A stretch of 64,000 nt of DNA from Rotaria socialis. Its lineage: Eukaryota. Positions 38,515 through 51,339 of this stretch are shown in pieces. Location: positions 24,361-88,360 of the forward strand of contig CAJNYT010005354.1 of NCBI GenBank assembly GCA_905331485.1, written 5' to 3'. Position 1 is the first letter of the stretch. Each line of letters opens with the position of its first letter. The notes under the pieces are model-generated. The model was not told the DNA's origin and ran no database searches. It saw nothing but the letters and a program-made list of their open reading frames with translations. Both the position numbers and the translations under genes were made by a program.

Positions 38515-41500
38515 ATGCGATCGCGGTTAGCCGTTATTTTTCGTCAAAGCTTTAGACCTCATATAATTACAACCGGAATAACAACTGGATTAGTTACAGG
38601 TATATACATAGATAGAAAATTAATAAACATAGATTTATTTTTATTTTTTTTTCTTTGCTGAGGTTATTTATTTTCAAAATATAAATCAACCGTTCATGCA
38701 AATACACATGCAAATGTTATTATTGGAGAAAGAATGCCAAGTCTACCAATCTACAGCATGTCCGAAGTTGCCAAACATACAACGAAAGAAAGCGGTATTA
38801 AGAACATAAAATATAGACACGTTTTACTTGATAAAGGTTAAAAGAAAGGGTTGTGTCCTGGAATTCATCGAGAATCCCATTGTTAAGCTATTACGGAAAG
38901 AATCAATATTGACTCTTATCCACATATTCAGATTTCGTATTATTTGTCTAAAAGTAGTTCGATACAGTTTTAGAGTGTTGATTTTTAATGTCTACTATTT
39001 GCTGAAGGTCAAAAAAGCATCGCTCTGTTTGAATCAAATTCTTTATTAAAAATCAAATTTTAGGTGAAAAAAAATGTATCATAGAAACGAATAAATCGAT
39101 ATTTTGTATAAAGTAAAAAAAACATGTGCTAATGCATGGTATAAATTTCAACTTGATAAGGATAAAAACTAACTATTTAAAATAGTAGGCGTCGTGTGAG
39201 TAAAATAAATCTGCTTGAGTTTACCGAGAGTAATTTTATAAGAAAAGTTTGCCATTTTTTGTGTACTCAAAAAGTGAGTACACTTTAGAATCGGTCAGAG
39301 TGTCCGTCCGGCCGGCCATAGACACGATAACTTTCGAAATGAGAGTCAGATCGTGATGAAATTTTCCACACAGTTCAATCTCATGAATATCTCGGTCGAG
39401 TTCGAAGATGAGAAGGATTCCTCAAGAAATGGTTGAGTTATCGAAAAAATTGTCATTTTTGACTAGACCATCCCTGAGGAGGGGTACAGGGATTTTTTTT
39501 CAAAAAACAAATTTTTCTCAGAATTATTCACAACATATATAAATCGACTCAGTTTTTAACGCTGATTCCGAATCTGATATTAGTTTTGCACCAAATTGTA
39601 GCTTTCTAACGAAACATCGCCTGAAAACGGTCTCAAAATGCACAAAAACTGCATCCAGAAACCAAAGTGCCTAGTTTCTCATGGTAATTTTGGTGTTCAG
39701 ACATTCTAGAATGACTCCTATGTCCCATGCACTTTTTGCAGTACACATAACTCTCGAATGAAATCCAAAGTTTTCACATTTGTTTTATTAATACAACGCT
39801 GGTTCGCCATTAGGGACGCCTCCTATTTCCGAATAAAAAACAACACACTTTAACAGCGATAGTCCATAGTTACCTTGCATGCGAAACCTTCAGGCAAGAA
39901 TCTTATCAATATAAGTGACTTCGAAATTTCTGTTAAACGTTTCCATCGAATCGTAATCTTTTTTCAAAGGCTATCTATTTCCATGTAGGTGTCTCAAAAT
40001 AAAAAGTATTTAATCATCGAGTTCTTTCATGTCCTTCTGGTAGATGAAAATCAGAATGTGCACACAAAAACAATCAATATAATTTTTTAAATATTCCATG
40101 TAGAGTTGAGCGAATTGTTTTTCAGTACAAAACGAATTCTATGCAACGGTTCCATTCTCTAGGTTATTGGCTTGCCTATAAAGATGGTGTATACGATGTA
40201 AGCTCATTTGTTGAAAATCATCCAGGTGGCAAACAAATACTAAAAACTGCTGGTAAAGCTCTTGAATCTTGTTGGAAAATATTTACGATCCATCAAATTG
40301 ATCATGTCTATGAAACCTTAGAACAGTATCGAATAGGCAATCTACCAAAGGGTATTTAGAAAAAGAGAAAAAAACAAACTTTAACAGATTTTTTTTCTAG
40401 GTGAAAGAGAAGCGAATGAAAAACATCAAGAGACAGTTCTCGATCTATTCCAATATGATCCAGAGCGTGTCAATGCCAACGAAACATTTTTCATTCGATC
40501 ACAACGACCGTTTAATGCTGAAACAAAGCCTAATCTACTTGTTTCATCATTTTTAACATCCGTTGAAAACTTCTATGTACGAAATCATATGCATGTGCCA
40601 GTTGTTAATATTAATGAATTCAAATTAGAAATTCGCAATGAAAAATCCAGCCGTTCGCTTTCCTATGATGATTTAGTCGATAAATATAAATCACATACCA
40701 TAACTTCAGCTGTGCAATGCGCTGGAAATCGTCGTGCTGCGATGAATAATGAACATCAAGGAGCAGCACTGGGCACGCAATGGTACGTTGGAGCTATTGG
40801 AAATGCTCGTTGGACCGGTGTTAAATTACGTGATCTTTTGGAATCATTTGGTCTTGATAAAGAAGGAGAACATGTTCAATTTTGGGGTCTCGATTGTGAT
40901 ACATCACAAAGGTAAGATTTTTTTTCTAAACCAAATTGTAAATATTTTAATTTTTCTCGTATCTAAAGATGTTATGGTGCATCCATTCCAATGGAAAAAG
41001 CGCTCAGCGAAGATGTGCTACTTGCGTATGAAATGAACGGTGAATTACTATCGAGTGATCATGGCTATCCTCTACGTGTAATTGTACCGGGGACAATTGG
41101 AGCTCGTAGTGTTAAATGGGTGAATCGAATTATTGTTTCCGATAAAGAAGCCGACAGTCATTGGCAAATGTCTGATTATAAAATTCTTCCACCATCAATA
41201 AAAGAACCACAACAAGCCGATTTTGATAGAGTACCTGCTTTGCAAGAATCCAATGTGCAATCTGCTATTTGTTCTCCGTCGTCGGATGAGGATGGAAATA
41301 AAATTAAAGTTTTATCAGTAAAACCAAATGATAAAGATAAACGACTTACAGTTAAAGGCTATGCATTAGGTGGAGGCGGAAGAGCGATACAAAATGTACA
41401 GATCAGTCTTGATCATGGGTGAGCATTTTTGTTGAAACGTAATTCGAATCGTTATTTTGGCTTCAAAAATTCATGAATCAGCAAACAGAATTTTTTATTC

Positions 41501-42404
41501 ATTTGAGTTCAAGAAATATATTATAGAGCATAAAAGTATATTCGAAATGACTCTTGCGAAGATTAACAAACTTGGCGTAAAAGTCGAAGAACTTAATCAA
41601 GAAGATTTGGAGACACGCCAGAGTTAGGAACTTTTTTTGAATGATAAATAAATTTGTATAATGATTTGTTTTCATTAGATAACTGTACTCTCTGCAAGTC
41701 ACTTTAATATGTCCCATTTCGATTTTCAATAGATTTGTATTCAGTAGTTTATTATTTATAGGCAATAATATGTTTTCAGGATTGCCTAGAAAAAAATTGC
41801 ACTTCAAACGTTTATAGTCCATGAAAGTTCAAAGAACAAAAAAAACGAGCAAGCTTTATAAATAGCAGTTCTCAAATATAGAATCATAGCCCATTCAAAA
41901 TTATTCTCTAGAGTTAATAAGAAAATGTGAATTGGAGCAGAAAATAAAATTTCTAAATCTATACGACATAATAAGAAAAAATGAAGAAAAGCTTTAATTG
42001 TTGAGTGAATACTAATTTCCGCTTCTGTCAAAAGTTGAAAATAAAAGGAATAATATGCGTCTTTGATATTCTATTTAGCTGTTTTTATACGATGCAACTG
42101 ATTGAAATGACGCTAGGCTAATTTTTATTCTAGCAAAACTTGGTTTCAAGCGGAACTTGAACAACTTGCACAGCCCCATATGCGTGCGTGGTCATGGACG
42201 TTGTGGACGTATCATATCAATGCCAGTGATATACCTTCGAAACCATTCGATATTGTTTGCCGCGCGATGGATACACATGGAAATACCCAACCGGATACTC
42301 CATTAGGAATTTGGAATGTTCGTGGCGTTATGAATAATGCTTGGCATAAGATCACTCTACAAATAGACGATAGTTTTTTAAAAAAAGCCAAAGAGCTTAA
42401 GTAA
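38515..42404 (+). CDS. SUOX: sulfite oxidase (mitochondrial presequence + cytochrome b5 heme domain + Moco/oxidoreductase domain + dimerisation domain), 6 exons
   Basis: Exons 38515-38599 (MRSRLAVIFRQSFRPH.., a presequence-like start), 38663-38794 (..PSLPIYSMSEVAKHTTKES), 40163-40351 (GYWLAYKDGVYDVSSFVENHPGGKQILKTAGKALESCW..), 40401-40911 (..FFIRSQRPFNAE..FYVRNHMHVPVV..SAVQCAGNRRAAMNN..WYVGAIGNARWTGVKLRDLL), 40969-41418 (..LLAYEMNGELLSSDHGYPLRVIVPGTIGARSVKWVNRIIVSD..SHWQMSDYK) and 42134-42404 (..WSWTLWTY..IVCRAMDTHGNTQPDTPLGIWNVRGVMNNAWHKI, stop). Colinear with vertebrate SUOX. Confidence 0.85.
39241..39640 (+). mobile_element. MITE/SINE-like ~400-bp dispersed repeat, copy A, inside SUOX intron 2; begins with the mini-palindrome GTGTACTCAAAAAGTGAGTACAC
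   Basis: About 85-90% identical over ~390 bp to the right arm of the element at 51661-52040. Shared blocks include ttattcacaacatatataaatcgactcagtttttaacgctgattccgaatctg and ctcgaagatgagaaggat. Confidence 0.55.
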
Positions 42405-43939
42405 TTTTTTTTCCTTTGTGATTCGTGATTTGCTTTCTTTCTTTTTTAATAGTTTTATGTTTGATTATTGCGCTAAGAAACAGTATAGACTTATCAATAA
42501 ATTTATATTTTATGGCCTTGCTTTTTTCAGGTACTGTTGAATTCAGTAGGTAGATTCAAGAAAAAAAAGTATTCTCTTCATTTTTTTCCTGAACGTATTG
42601 CCGTCGAAAAAGTGCACTTCGAAAAAAAGATGTTATATGATCTGAAAGCACTCGAGATTTTTTTCTTTTCTCTTGTTCTATCCTGTGCATCTATGTAGTA
42701 GAAAAGATATATATATATATATATGGAATGCGATCAAAACACCTATATCGTCAGATCCCAGTGGAAAGGCTTGGTGACATTATTTTACTCTCAAAATTTT
42801 TTGCAACGTTTAGGAATAGCTTTCGCCAAAAGAACTAATTATATATTATATTATTATTCTCTTTATTTATGTGCTGTCTTGCTTTTCCTCATTTAAAATA
42901 ATTTAGCGTTTATTAAACAGAACCGTCAAGATATGTACTTTATTGAAGAGTTGGTTATTACGGTAATAACTTTTACTAATATAATTTTGCTTGTTGAAAT
43001 ATAATGGTTTTTAAAGTTTTCCACCCGATGCGCTTAGATAAAATCCAAATTAGAAGATATTTTGAACATTTTCCGTGATTACTAATTGAAAAAGAGCATA
43101 AAAATAGGATAACCAAGAATTTTAAGTTTTATCGAAGTACACAGCTATATTTTCTCCTTTTTTTTTATGGAAATCTACTATTTCAGTACTAATTACTTTC
43201 AAACACTACCAAAATAGCTCGTAAAAAGCCGGGCAATGAGAATAATTTAATTGTAGTTGATTTATTTCTAAGAGCATTTTTCGAGTACTTTTCACTATAT
43301 TAAAAAAAAATATTAATATATTTTTTCTTGGTATCTTTTGGAATTTATTTTTTCACGCGAATAAATGTTAAAAATTCGACCCATTTTTTTTGAAAGAGAA
43401 AGCAGCAGTTAGTCGTTTTCCGATCGTGAAAATAAGCCGTTGTCCTACTTAATTTCAGCAGTTCAAAAAGAAAGATCAACATGATATTGGAATTTGCCGC
43501 TCTTTGACTTATATGTCACTATTTCCGTCTAAAATACTTTATGTCTTTTGCTATGATCATCCTTGAATGCTGAAAAGATCATCGTGACCGAATTCTCAAA
43601 TCTAACACATGCGGTAACTGTTTTTCTCAAGGTTCCTCACACTAATAAGATTCAGCCACTATTCTCTTTTACTGTAATTACAGTTAGCAACTTGATGAAG
43701 TTTTTCTCATGCAAACAGAAAAAACTCCAGTTCCTATGATCTATTAATGTGCTCAGTAGGCATTGTCACAAGAATTCTGCTGAATTGCTTTTTTGTATGA
43801 TGCAAAATAGTGATCTCTCATCAATATATATTCTTTCACTTTTAGTGTATTAAGCCCTATTATTCGAGATCAAAAAATTATTTTTTCCGCTGATGTAGTT
43901 AAGTTAGGAAATTTTGATGCTGCTATCAAAGAAGTGAAT

Positions 43940-45045
43940 TGCCTATTTTTTCGGGTGACTTACGTTTCGTCTCATCTCTTTCGAACACCGGCAAACGCTG
44001 TCGGATGTTCGGAAATGAATTTTATTCGTAAAAATTTATGACGGAAGTTCGTAAACGCCTACGTACCAGATATCGTAGTAGACAATAGGAAGATCGGAAT
44101 GTGTTTACAGGATGTTCGGAATAGAGTATTTTGCTATATTTAATGTAACATCTGGAGATCGCAGTAAACATCGTGGGTAGTCCGGAAGGGAATGCTAAGG
44201 GTACTTAAATGTGGAGTCCGTAAAAGAATTTATAAGGATATTATAATTGATATAAAGATGTTTGGCTCTTATAAACAATAATAGGTTGCTTTTTGTATTA
44301 CATCTATGATTATACAAGTAGACGATTATTCTTTCTTTACCTATACTCCTTGTGCTATAGTCTCAGAAGCTGTTTCTAAGGGTATAAGTTGATTAAAAAC
44401 CAACAGTTGTCGAAAGCAACAACTGAGCAAGCTGTTGCTAAATCTTATCTACGTCCAACTCCAATATTGAATAGTCTTAGAGTTAGACCCGCCGACCATA
44501 CTACTGCTGCTTCGTCTTCATCTTGCACTTCATCATCTCAATCGGATCTCATTGCTTCAACATCGAAAAATAAACAAATAGCCAGGTTCAAAAACGTGTA
44601 CATTCATCGAAGAATAAATGGAATGCTGATGCACATTAACACTAGAGTTATCATAGTAAACAAAAGTGCAATCGTAGTTGCTTGAATCCGCCGAAACTTT
44701 GACGATACGTGATTTTAGGTTGCGACTATAGCGTATCATTTCATATTTCCTCACAGGGAAACAAAACCTGAACATACTTGCGAAAATCGTGTCGTCTTTT
44801 TTTTTATTTCGGTTTCCATATCTTTGCCATTACGAACATCCGGACATTCTGACTACGATCTCCAGCCAAATTTTGATGTTCGTAAAGAGAAAAATTTACA
44901 TGGAGTTCGGAATCAATTCTGAAAATAGCTTTTTCAATGGTTATATCCGATGAAAAAACTATTGCCAGAATTGATTCCGAACACCATGTATTTTTTTCAT
45001 ATCAGAAGATCGTAAAAAGGAAGTGAGACGAAGTGCCATTTTCCC
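43940..45045. repeat. cluster of short inverted and direct repeats built on GTTCGGAA/GTTCGTAAA and TTCGTCTCA words; possible decayed TIR element
   Basis: GGATGTTCGGAA-like words occur at about 43995, 44041, 44111, 44835 (reverse complement), 44873, 44902 and 44977 (reverse complement). TTCGTCTCA is found near both ends (43955, and reverse-complemented at about 45030). A 21-bp inverted repeat (44901-44921 versus 44966-44986, one mismatch) is separated by a 44-nt loop. Confidence 0.3.
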
Positions 45046-46779
45046 ATTTTTTCATTGGTTTTTGAAGTGATGCATAGAGACGAAAGATCTTTTGAAGTAA
45101 GGATATTATGTTGAAGTTTTTCCTGAGACTTGATTGAAACTTCACTTTGCTTCTGTTGTATAAATAGCAATAAAATACGAGCTATTTCAATCGACTGAAC
45201 ATTGGAATTGATCTCACAAGTATCAAACATACTTTTTTCTTCTTTTTCTTACACGTAATAGTCTACTATGTATTTCTCAAATTACGCTTGAGAAAACGCA
45301 TTTTAATAAAAAGAATAATATAGCTCACTTTTGCCACAAAACGAAAGATTTTTCGAAGCTAAGAATCATTCGATTAGAAAGAGCACACCGTTTTTAAATT
45401 TCAATCGAAACGTTGAGCTATCTAGTTTTTGTAAAAATGCATTTTCTCGGGAGTAAAAGTATGCAATCGGGAAATCTCACTTCAATTTTCGATTGAGCCT
45501 AATAAAATGTACATTCTTATCTTATTGTGGATTAATAAAAACCACTCCATTATCATCGTCATAAAGATGTGTTGTTGTTTTTTTTATTGCTATATCGTTA
45601 TTTTCAAAAGTCAATAAGCTTATAAATTGAGCAGCACGTGCGCAAGTGAGGAAGATTTCTGTCATAAAAAAAAGTCATTTCAAGCCATTAATTCGACTGA
45701 CATTTCCATATATTATGCTCATCGATTCAGATTAGTAGTCTATTAAATAGAAAAATGTGATGCGAATCATCAAAGTAGAAAATGAAAACTCTCTCAAAAG
45801 TAAAATAATACATTTATCATCGAAGCTTTAGCAAAAAAAGACTAGAATCAAACGGACTCCTCGCCTGATTATTGGGTTGGGTATAGTGGTGTTTTACAAG
45901 AGAAGAGAAACTTCGTCAATTGTTCAACTGAAAGAAAACAAAACAAGAATTGATCATGACTGAATGCATATCTATCGTCTTACAGGATTAAATTTTAATG
46001 AAAGTAATTTTCAATATCGGAATAAGTTCATCATAAACGTCAAAGAGAACAACAAAAGTTTATATGAGTTCAATGATTACATATCATTGGCACCGTGCTT
46101 AGTAATTGTAGGCGTGAAGAGAAAAAAACGTAGCGCTTATGTGCGACTTAGAATATTTTATTTCATTTATAACGAGAACTTTGCTCAGTGTATATGTATT
46201 CAAACTAGATCATTTGATGCTTCAAAACCGAGAAAAGCGTAAATTGATATCGCTGGTTGTTTCCATACTTAATTCTACGGATCTAAATACATGAAATATT
46301 GAAACGAAATCGCTTTTCTTTGTTTTATGATCCACTGAGATAAAAGAATATTCATAAGATAATTATCATTTTATCCATTAAATAGACGTGATAATGCGGT
46401 TACAGTCGAATTGGCAGGCTAAAATTAAAAACTCTCATTTTCTCTATACGAACGACCGTTTTAGGTCTACAAACGCATGGTAATGGTAATTTTTGTATTT
46501 ATCTAAATAGCAACATTTTTTCTTTTTCTTTTTTTGCTAAAATACAAAATTCTAAGTATTCGATGTTTATCGAATATGTTTAATGTTAAAAATACAAAAC
46601 AAATATGACTCGGCTGTTGACAGGTCTGCCGTCTGTTTCTTGTTTTTTTTTATAAACTGATGGTTCGCATTCTTTTCTATCGATTATTTTTTAACTATAA
46701 CAAGTGTTGAACTAAGATTCTCAATAGTGTTGACTTTTATTATGTATGATGATAAAATATCTTTAAAAGATTATTTCCG

Positions 46780-47400
46780 TTTGTGGCGCAACACGTTGTT
46801 TTGTTTTCATCTGGAGTTCGCATCAATTTTACTACTTCACACCATAGTCCGAAACGAGCCAAAAAACATCCGACTCGACTCGGCATGTGCCTGAAAAAAG
46901 TCTCACTCGACCCGGCTCGAGCCACGACTCAAACAACGAATTTTCAAAAGCAGATGTTTTCAACAACAACAACAATTATCTGTATCCGTGATCAGTCGAT
47001 TGGCTAGGTCCAGTTTCGTCGACAAATCACCTTCACCCACACCCCTACTGCTTTGATATGCTTTGAAGTAATTTGCCTTAGAGGTGTTCATTTCGGCACA
47101 ACCGGAATCCACCCGGTCAATCCATTGTTGTATGACTAATTGGTGAATAGAACCTGATGTATTGAACACAATGAAAGTCATTGTATGCCATTCATTGTTG
47201 TCTATTGGACGTCGTCAGTTCATTGCCGTTGCATTTTTTGTTCGATTAATTCACTGCAATGAGTGAGATTTGCATCATTTCAACGCAACAACTGATAATA
47301 ACGGTCAATGTCGAGAAACGGTTGAAAGAAATAGTGAAAATTTTAAAAAAGTCGAGTCTCTCAAATCAAACTCGACTCGACCCGGTTTCAGTCTATGCTT
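46780..47400. other. GC-richer island flanked by direct repeats of CTCGACTCGACCCGG, within the gene-poor interval
   Basis: AAAAAAGTCTCACTCGACCCGG at 46897-46915 and AAAAAAGTCGAGTCTC..ACTCGACTCGACCCGG at 47345-47385. A further CGACTCGACTCGG lies at 46871. Local GC is about 45% against roughly 30% in the surroundings. There is no long ORF. Confidence 0.3.
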
Positions 47401-48566
47401 CGCACTAGTTGACTAACATATTATCATGAAAACTGCGTATCTAATCCTACAGTTTCATTTCCTCTCTTTGGCTGCCATATGACTAATCGGAATGTTCGTT
47501 GTGTTTTTCTACTCAATAGCTCCAACGATAGATAACAATCAGGTCACGTAAACGGTAGGGATTAGTTTTGCTTCCAAGCATGGAAAAGAAATTAGCTGTT
47601 AGTTGACAGTTCAATGAGTTAACGCTTTTCTGTTGCAATCATCATAGCACTCTCATGAGACATTTTCTCATTCAGTTACATCGAGTCTTCAATCTTGCAA
47701 TAGGTTTCTAGTTTATGACATATGTCCATCTATTTTTGCTGCATAATTATTATGTTGACTCTTCGTGAGTAAACAGATCGTTAATTATTTTACACGCATG
47801 TATCATTAATCTAGAGGGAAAGAAAGCATTCCGAGAAAACGAACTATTCATACGATTTGACTAATTATTTATCATTTTCGCATAGTTTTTCTTCCATGCG
47901 TATCATTAACTTTGCAGTTGCAGCAGAAAAAAAAGTTAATCACTCACACACATAGAACTTTTAATAACATAAACATCCCGCGACAGTTAACAGACAACAT
48001 TTACCTTATACAACATTAAAGTCTGCCGCATGTAGAACGTATGCTACATATTTTTCTTTCTCCTCATTAAGATTGTTTACACCAAAATTGACTTATGTTG
48101 CATTGAAGTAGATTTCTTTAGTAGATTTATAAATATATACTATTGTATTATTGTGTAGAAATATTTCAAATTTCCCTCTTGTTATTCTTTTCTGTTTGCA
48201 TTCCAGTCATGAGGTATCTCGTTTAATATAAATTCTAAGACACTAAATAGATTAGTTAGTTATTTGCATATGAATATGATATATTGTCTAGAAGTTTAGT
48301 ATCTATTAGGGTGTAATCATGTTCTTGAATTCGCAACTATCATTATGTGAAATATGACATAAGAGACAAGTAGAAGAAAACTTAAGTAGAAGCAGAAGAA
48401 CCAGGTATACTACGTCATTATTTTCCTATAAGAGTCATTTCACATTTAATGAGTGTTATTTAAAAAGATTTTCTTTTTCGCAATCATCGAACCATTCTTC
48501 ATCATTACGAGAAACACTCAGAAACTATAAAAATCTTGAATTAAATTGATATTTTAGATTTGAATA

Positions 48567-50939
48567 ATGATTGATGCGGAGAATGTCACATCGACTAGTT
48601 TAAATAATAGTTTGAATACGGTGAAACTGCTATCACATACAACTCTATTGGAGTTTTTCTTCCGGCATGTCTATTTGTTACTATTAGTGGTAATCGGATG
48701 CATTGGAAATGGTTTTGTAATTATTGTTTTTGGTCAACGAGCATTACGCACGACGATTGCATCCATGGGCTCGAATATGTCCGTGTATCCATTTCTCTTT
48801 TATATGGCTATTTCGGATACAATATATTTATCTATTTTATTTTGCTTATGGCTATCGAATTATATAAATATTCTTCATCGTCCAGTAGTTTGCCAATTAA
48901 CATTATATTTAACATACGTATGCAATTTTATAAGTGCCTATTATACAGTGTCATTTACAGCTCAACGTTTATTTGCTGTTGTAAAACCATTTCGTGTATC
49001 GCATGTACTTTCATGGTATCGTTCTCGGTGTTTAGCTTTATTCATAATATGCATTGCTTGTTTAATTTACTCATATTTACCATTTCTGATCGGTATTGTT
49101 AATGGGCAATGTTTTTCATTGAAACATTTACGTTGGATAAATGAATTAATGGATATAGTGGATTGTTTTGTTGTCTTTCTTAGGGATCATTCATAAGCGA
49201 CGTCCGGGTCTAGAGTAGATGAGCCGATCAAACATTTCTGTATGTCAATAGATCCAGTTCGAGTGTGTCCATTTTTGTACAAAAATTTTAAACAAATGTT
49301 GATGCTTCGTTTGAATTAATTTTGTTTTTGAGGTAGCGCTGAAATGAAATCTCGTAGAGAATTCGTGTTTTTGTTCTGCTATGAAATGTTGATAGAGACT
49401 GAAGAAACGTTAGAATCGAAGGCATGGTAAAGTGATTCCACAATTTTGGTCAGGATTCGGTAACCCGGTAATATTTAGTCTAGCACACAGGAAAATAAAC
49501 AGGCATCAGAGGATATAATTAAGACGCTAATTTCAGCCATTATAGAAATGCGAAGGGATTCTTTTCTGTGTTACGAGACTTTACTATGTGAACCTTGTAA
49601 AACTCGGATCAGAAGTGTGAAAATAAGAGAATCGAGACTGAATGAAATCATTTTCCAATTTAAAAAACAAAGTTGTGGAATCGCTTTTCAATCCCTTGTA
49701 TTCTAAAGCTTCCGTAATCTCTATCGAGCTGTTTCAATGATAGTCATTCGTATATTTTTGTACTAGGCACTTTGCTCCTTCGAAAAAAAAGCCGAGATTC
49801 CATTACAGTGCTACATCAAAAACAAAAGAAATGCACAACTTTTGACCCATGCGTTAATTGGCTACTAAAAGTTTTCCTTTGAATAATTAGTTTTAGCATT
49901 TTCTGCTTTTCAGGATTTGATATATTGCAATGGATCGTATTTTACGAAATGCGCGTTTTTGAGATATTTAACGAAACGAAAAAATACGTCCCAATGGTTA
50001 ATTATCTATGAGAACATCGATTCAAGTTGGGTGATAGACTGTTTCGTTAATATGCCATTCGAGCAGTTTAATTTCGAATTCAAACTGCGTCCAGGCCATT
50101 GTAAGCAGAGCTGGAGCCGGTTCATGAAATTTCGGTGAATACCGGTTAAAAGCAGGCGGAAAATGTTGCATTTTCAGAATAAATGGCTCATCAATCTTTA
50201 TAGAGAGAGAGAGTCTGATAGCAAATAATTAAAATAACATGTTTTAAACACTTTTTTGTACGCATTCTGACAGAAAAATATGTGACATCTCAGTTTTTCT
50301 GGACCGAAATGGGTTTCACAAAGAAGATTTCTCAAAATTTTCAACCGGCGAAATTCTACACTGGACATCCTTCATGGTTGAGTTCTTATTCCGTATATTT
50401 CGATCATAGTAATGAATGCAATTATATTAATATCTTTACGACGAATGAAACAAAATCCACGTGAATTTCTTTTTCGAAATCATTCTCAATTGAATCAAAT
50501 TCGTGAAATAACACGTCGAAGTGCTTCACGTAAAATGACGAAACTATTGTTAGCTGTTTCAACGTCATATTTAATAATATGTGCCCCATATGCATCTATT
50601 CATACATGGCGTTTACTATATGGACACAAAACAGTTGAAACAAAATTAATTCGTCTATTGGAAAAATATTTTCATTCAATATATCAAATATCATTCGCAA
50701 TAAATTTTTATATTTATATTTTATTTGATTCAAAATTTCGTCGTGAATTGAAACGTCTTTTTATGAAATTAAAAATAAATATTTGTCATTGCTTTCGTCA
50801 TTCAAGTTTTTACGATAATGAAAATTCATTAAATCCAAATCGCTCATCAAATTGTGAACAATTTCAATTAATGGACCGAACTTCACCTTCTACAATATTA
50901 ACTACAAGTGGATTTGTATTCGGATTTAAATACAAATAA
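48567..50939 (+). CDS. divergent rhodopsin-like (class A) orphan GPCR, two coding exons with a ~1.2-kb intron
   Basis: Exon 1 is 48567 to about 49165. It has TM1 with GN (LLLVVIGCIGNGFVIIVF), TM2 with AISD, TM3 ending AQRLFAVVKP (a DRY variant) and TM4. Exon 2 is about 50383-50939. It has TM5 ..LIPYISIIVMNAIILISLRR, TM6 KLLLAVSTSYLIICAPYASIH and TM7 SFAINFYIYILFDSKFRRELKRLF (an NPxxY variant, with the helix-8 F..RxE). The exact exon 1 donor is unresolved. Confidence 0.6.
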
Positions 50940-51339
50940 AAGACTCATTTAGGAACATAAAAATATCGGCCTTTTTTCTTCTTCTCCTCTGTTTCATAGA
51001 TATGTATGCATATATATAAATGTTCGTTGTTGATTAAAAATCAAATAAAGAAATTCGAAACGTATATGACATAGATCTTATCTAATCAATGTGTGATGAT
51101 GTATGTGTATATGATCAATAGAATTGTTTATTTGAATACAAGTGAAGATGCGTCTTTCATCAAGTTCGATTAGTAAGTAGAAAAAAAAAGAATTTTCTCA
51201 AGTCTCGATTCAAAAGGAAAAATGAATGTTCAAGTTATCAATTCATTGAGACATACGTGGAATAGGATCAGTTATTATTGTCTTAGGAGGAAAGATTCGG
51301 AACCAGCGCTAAAAACTGAGTCGATTTATATATGTTGTG

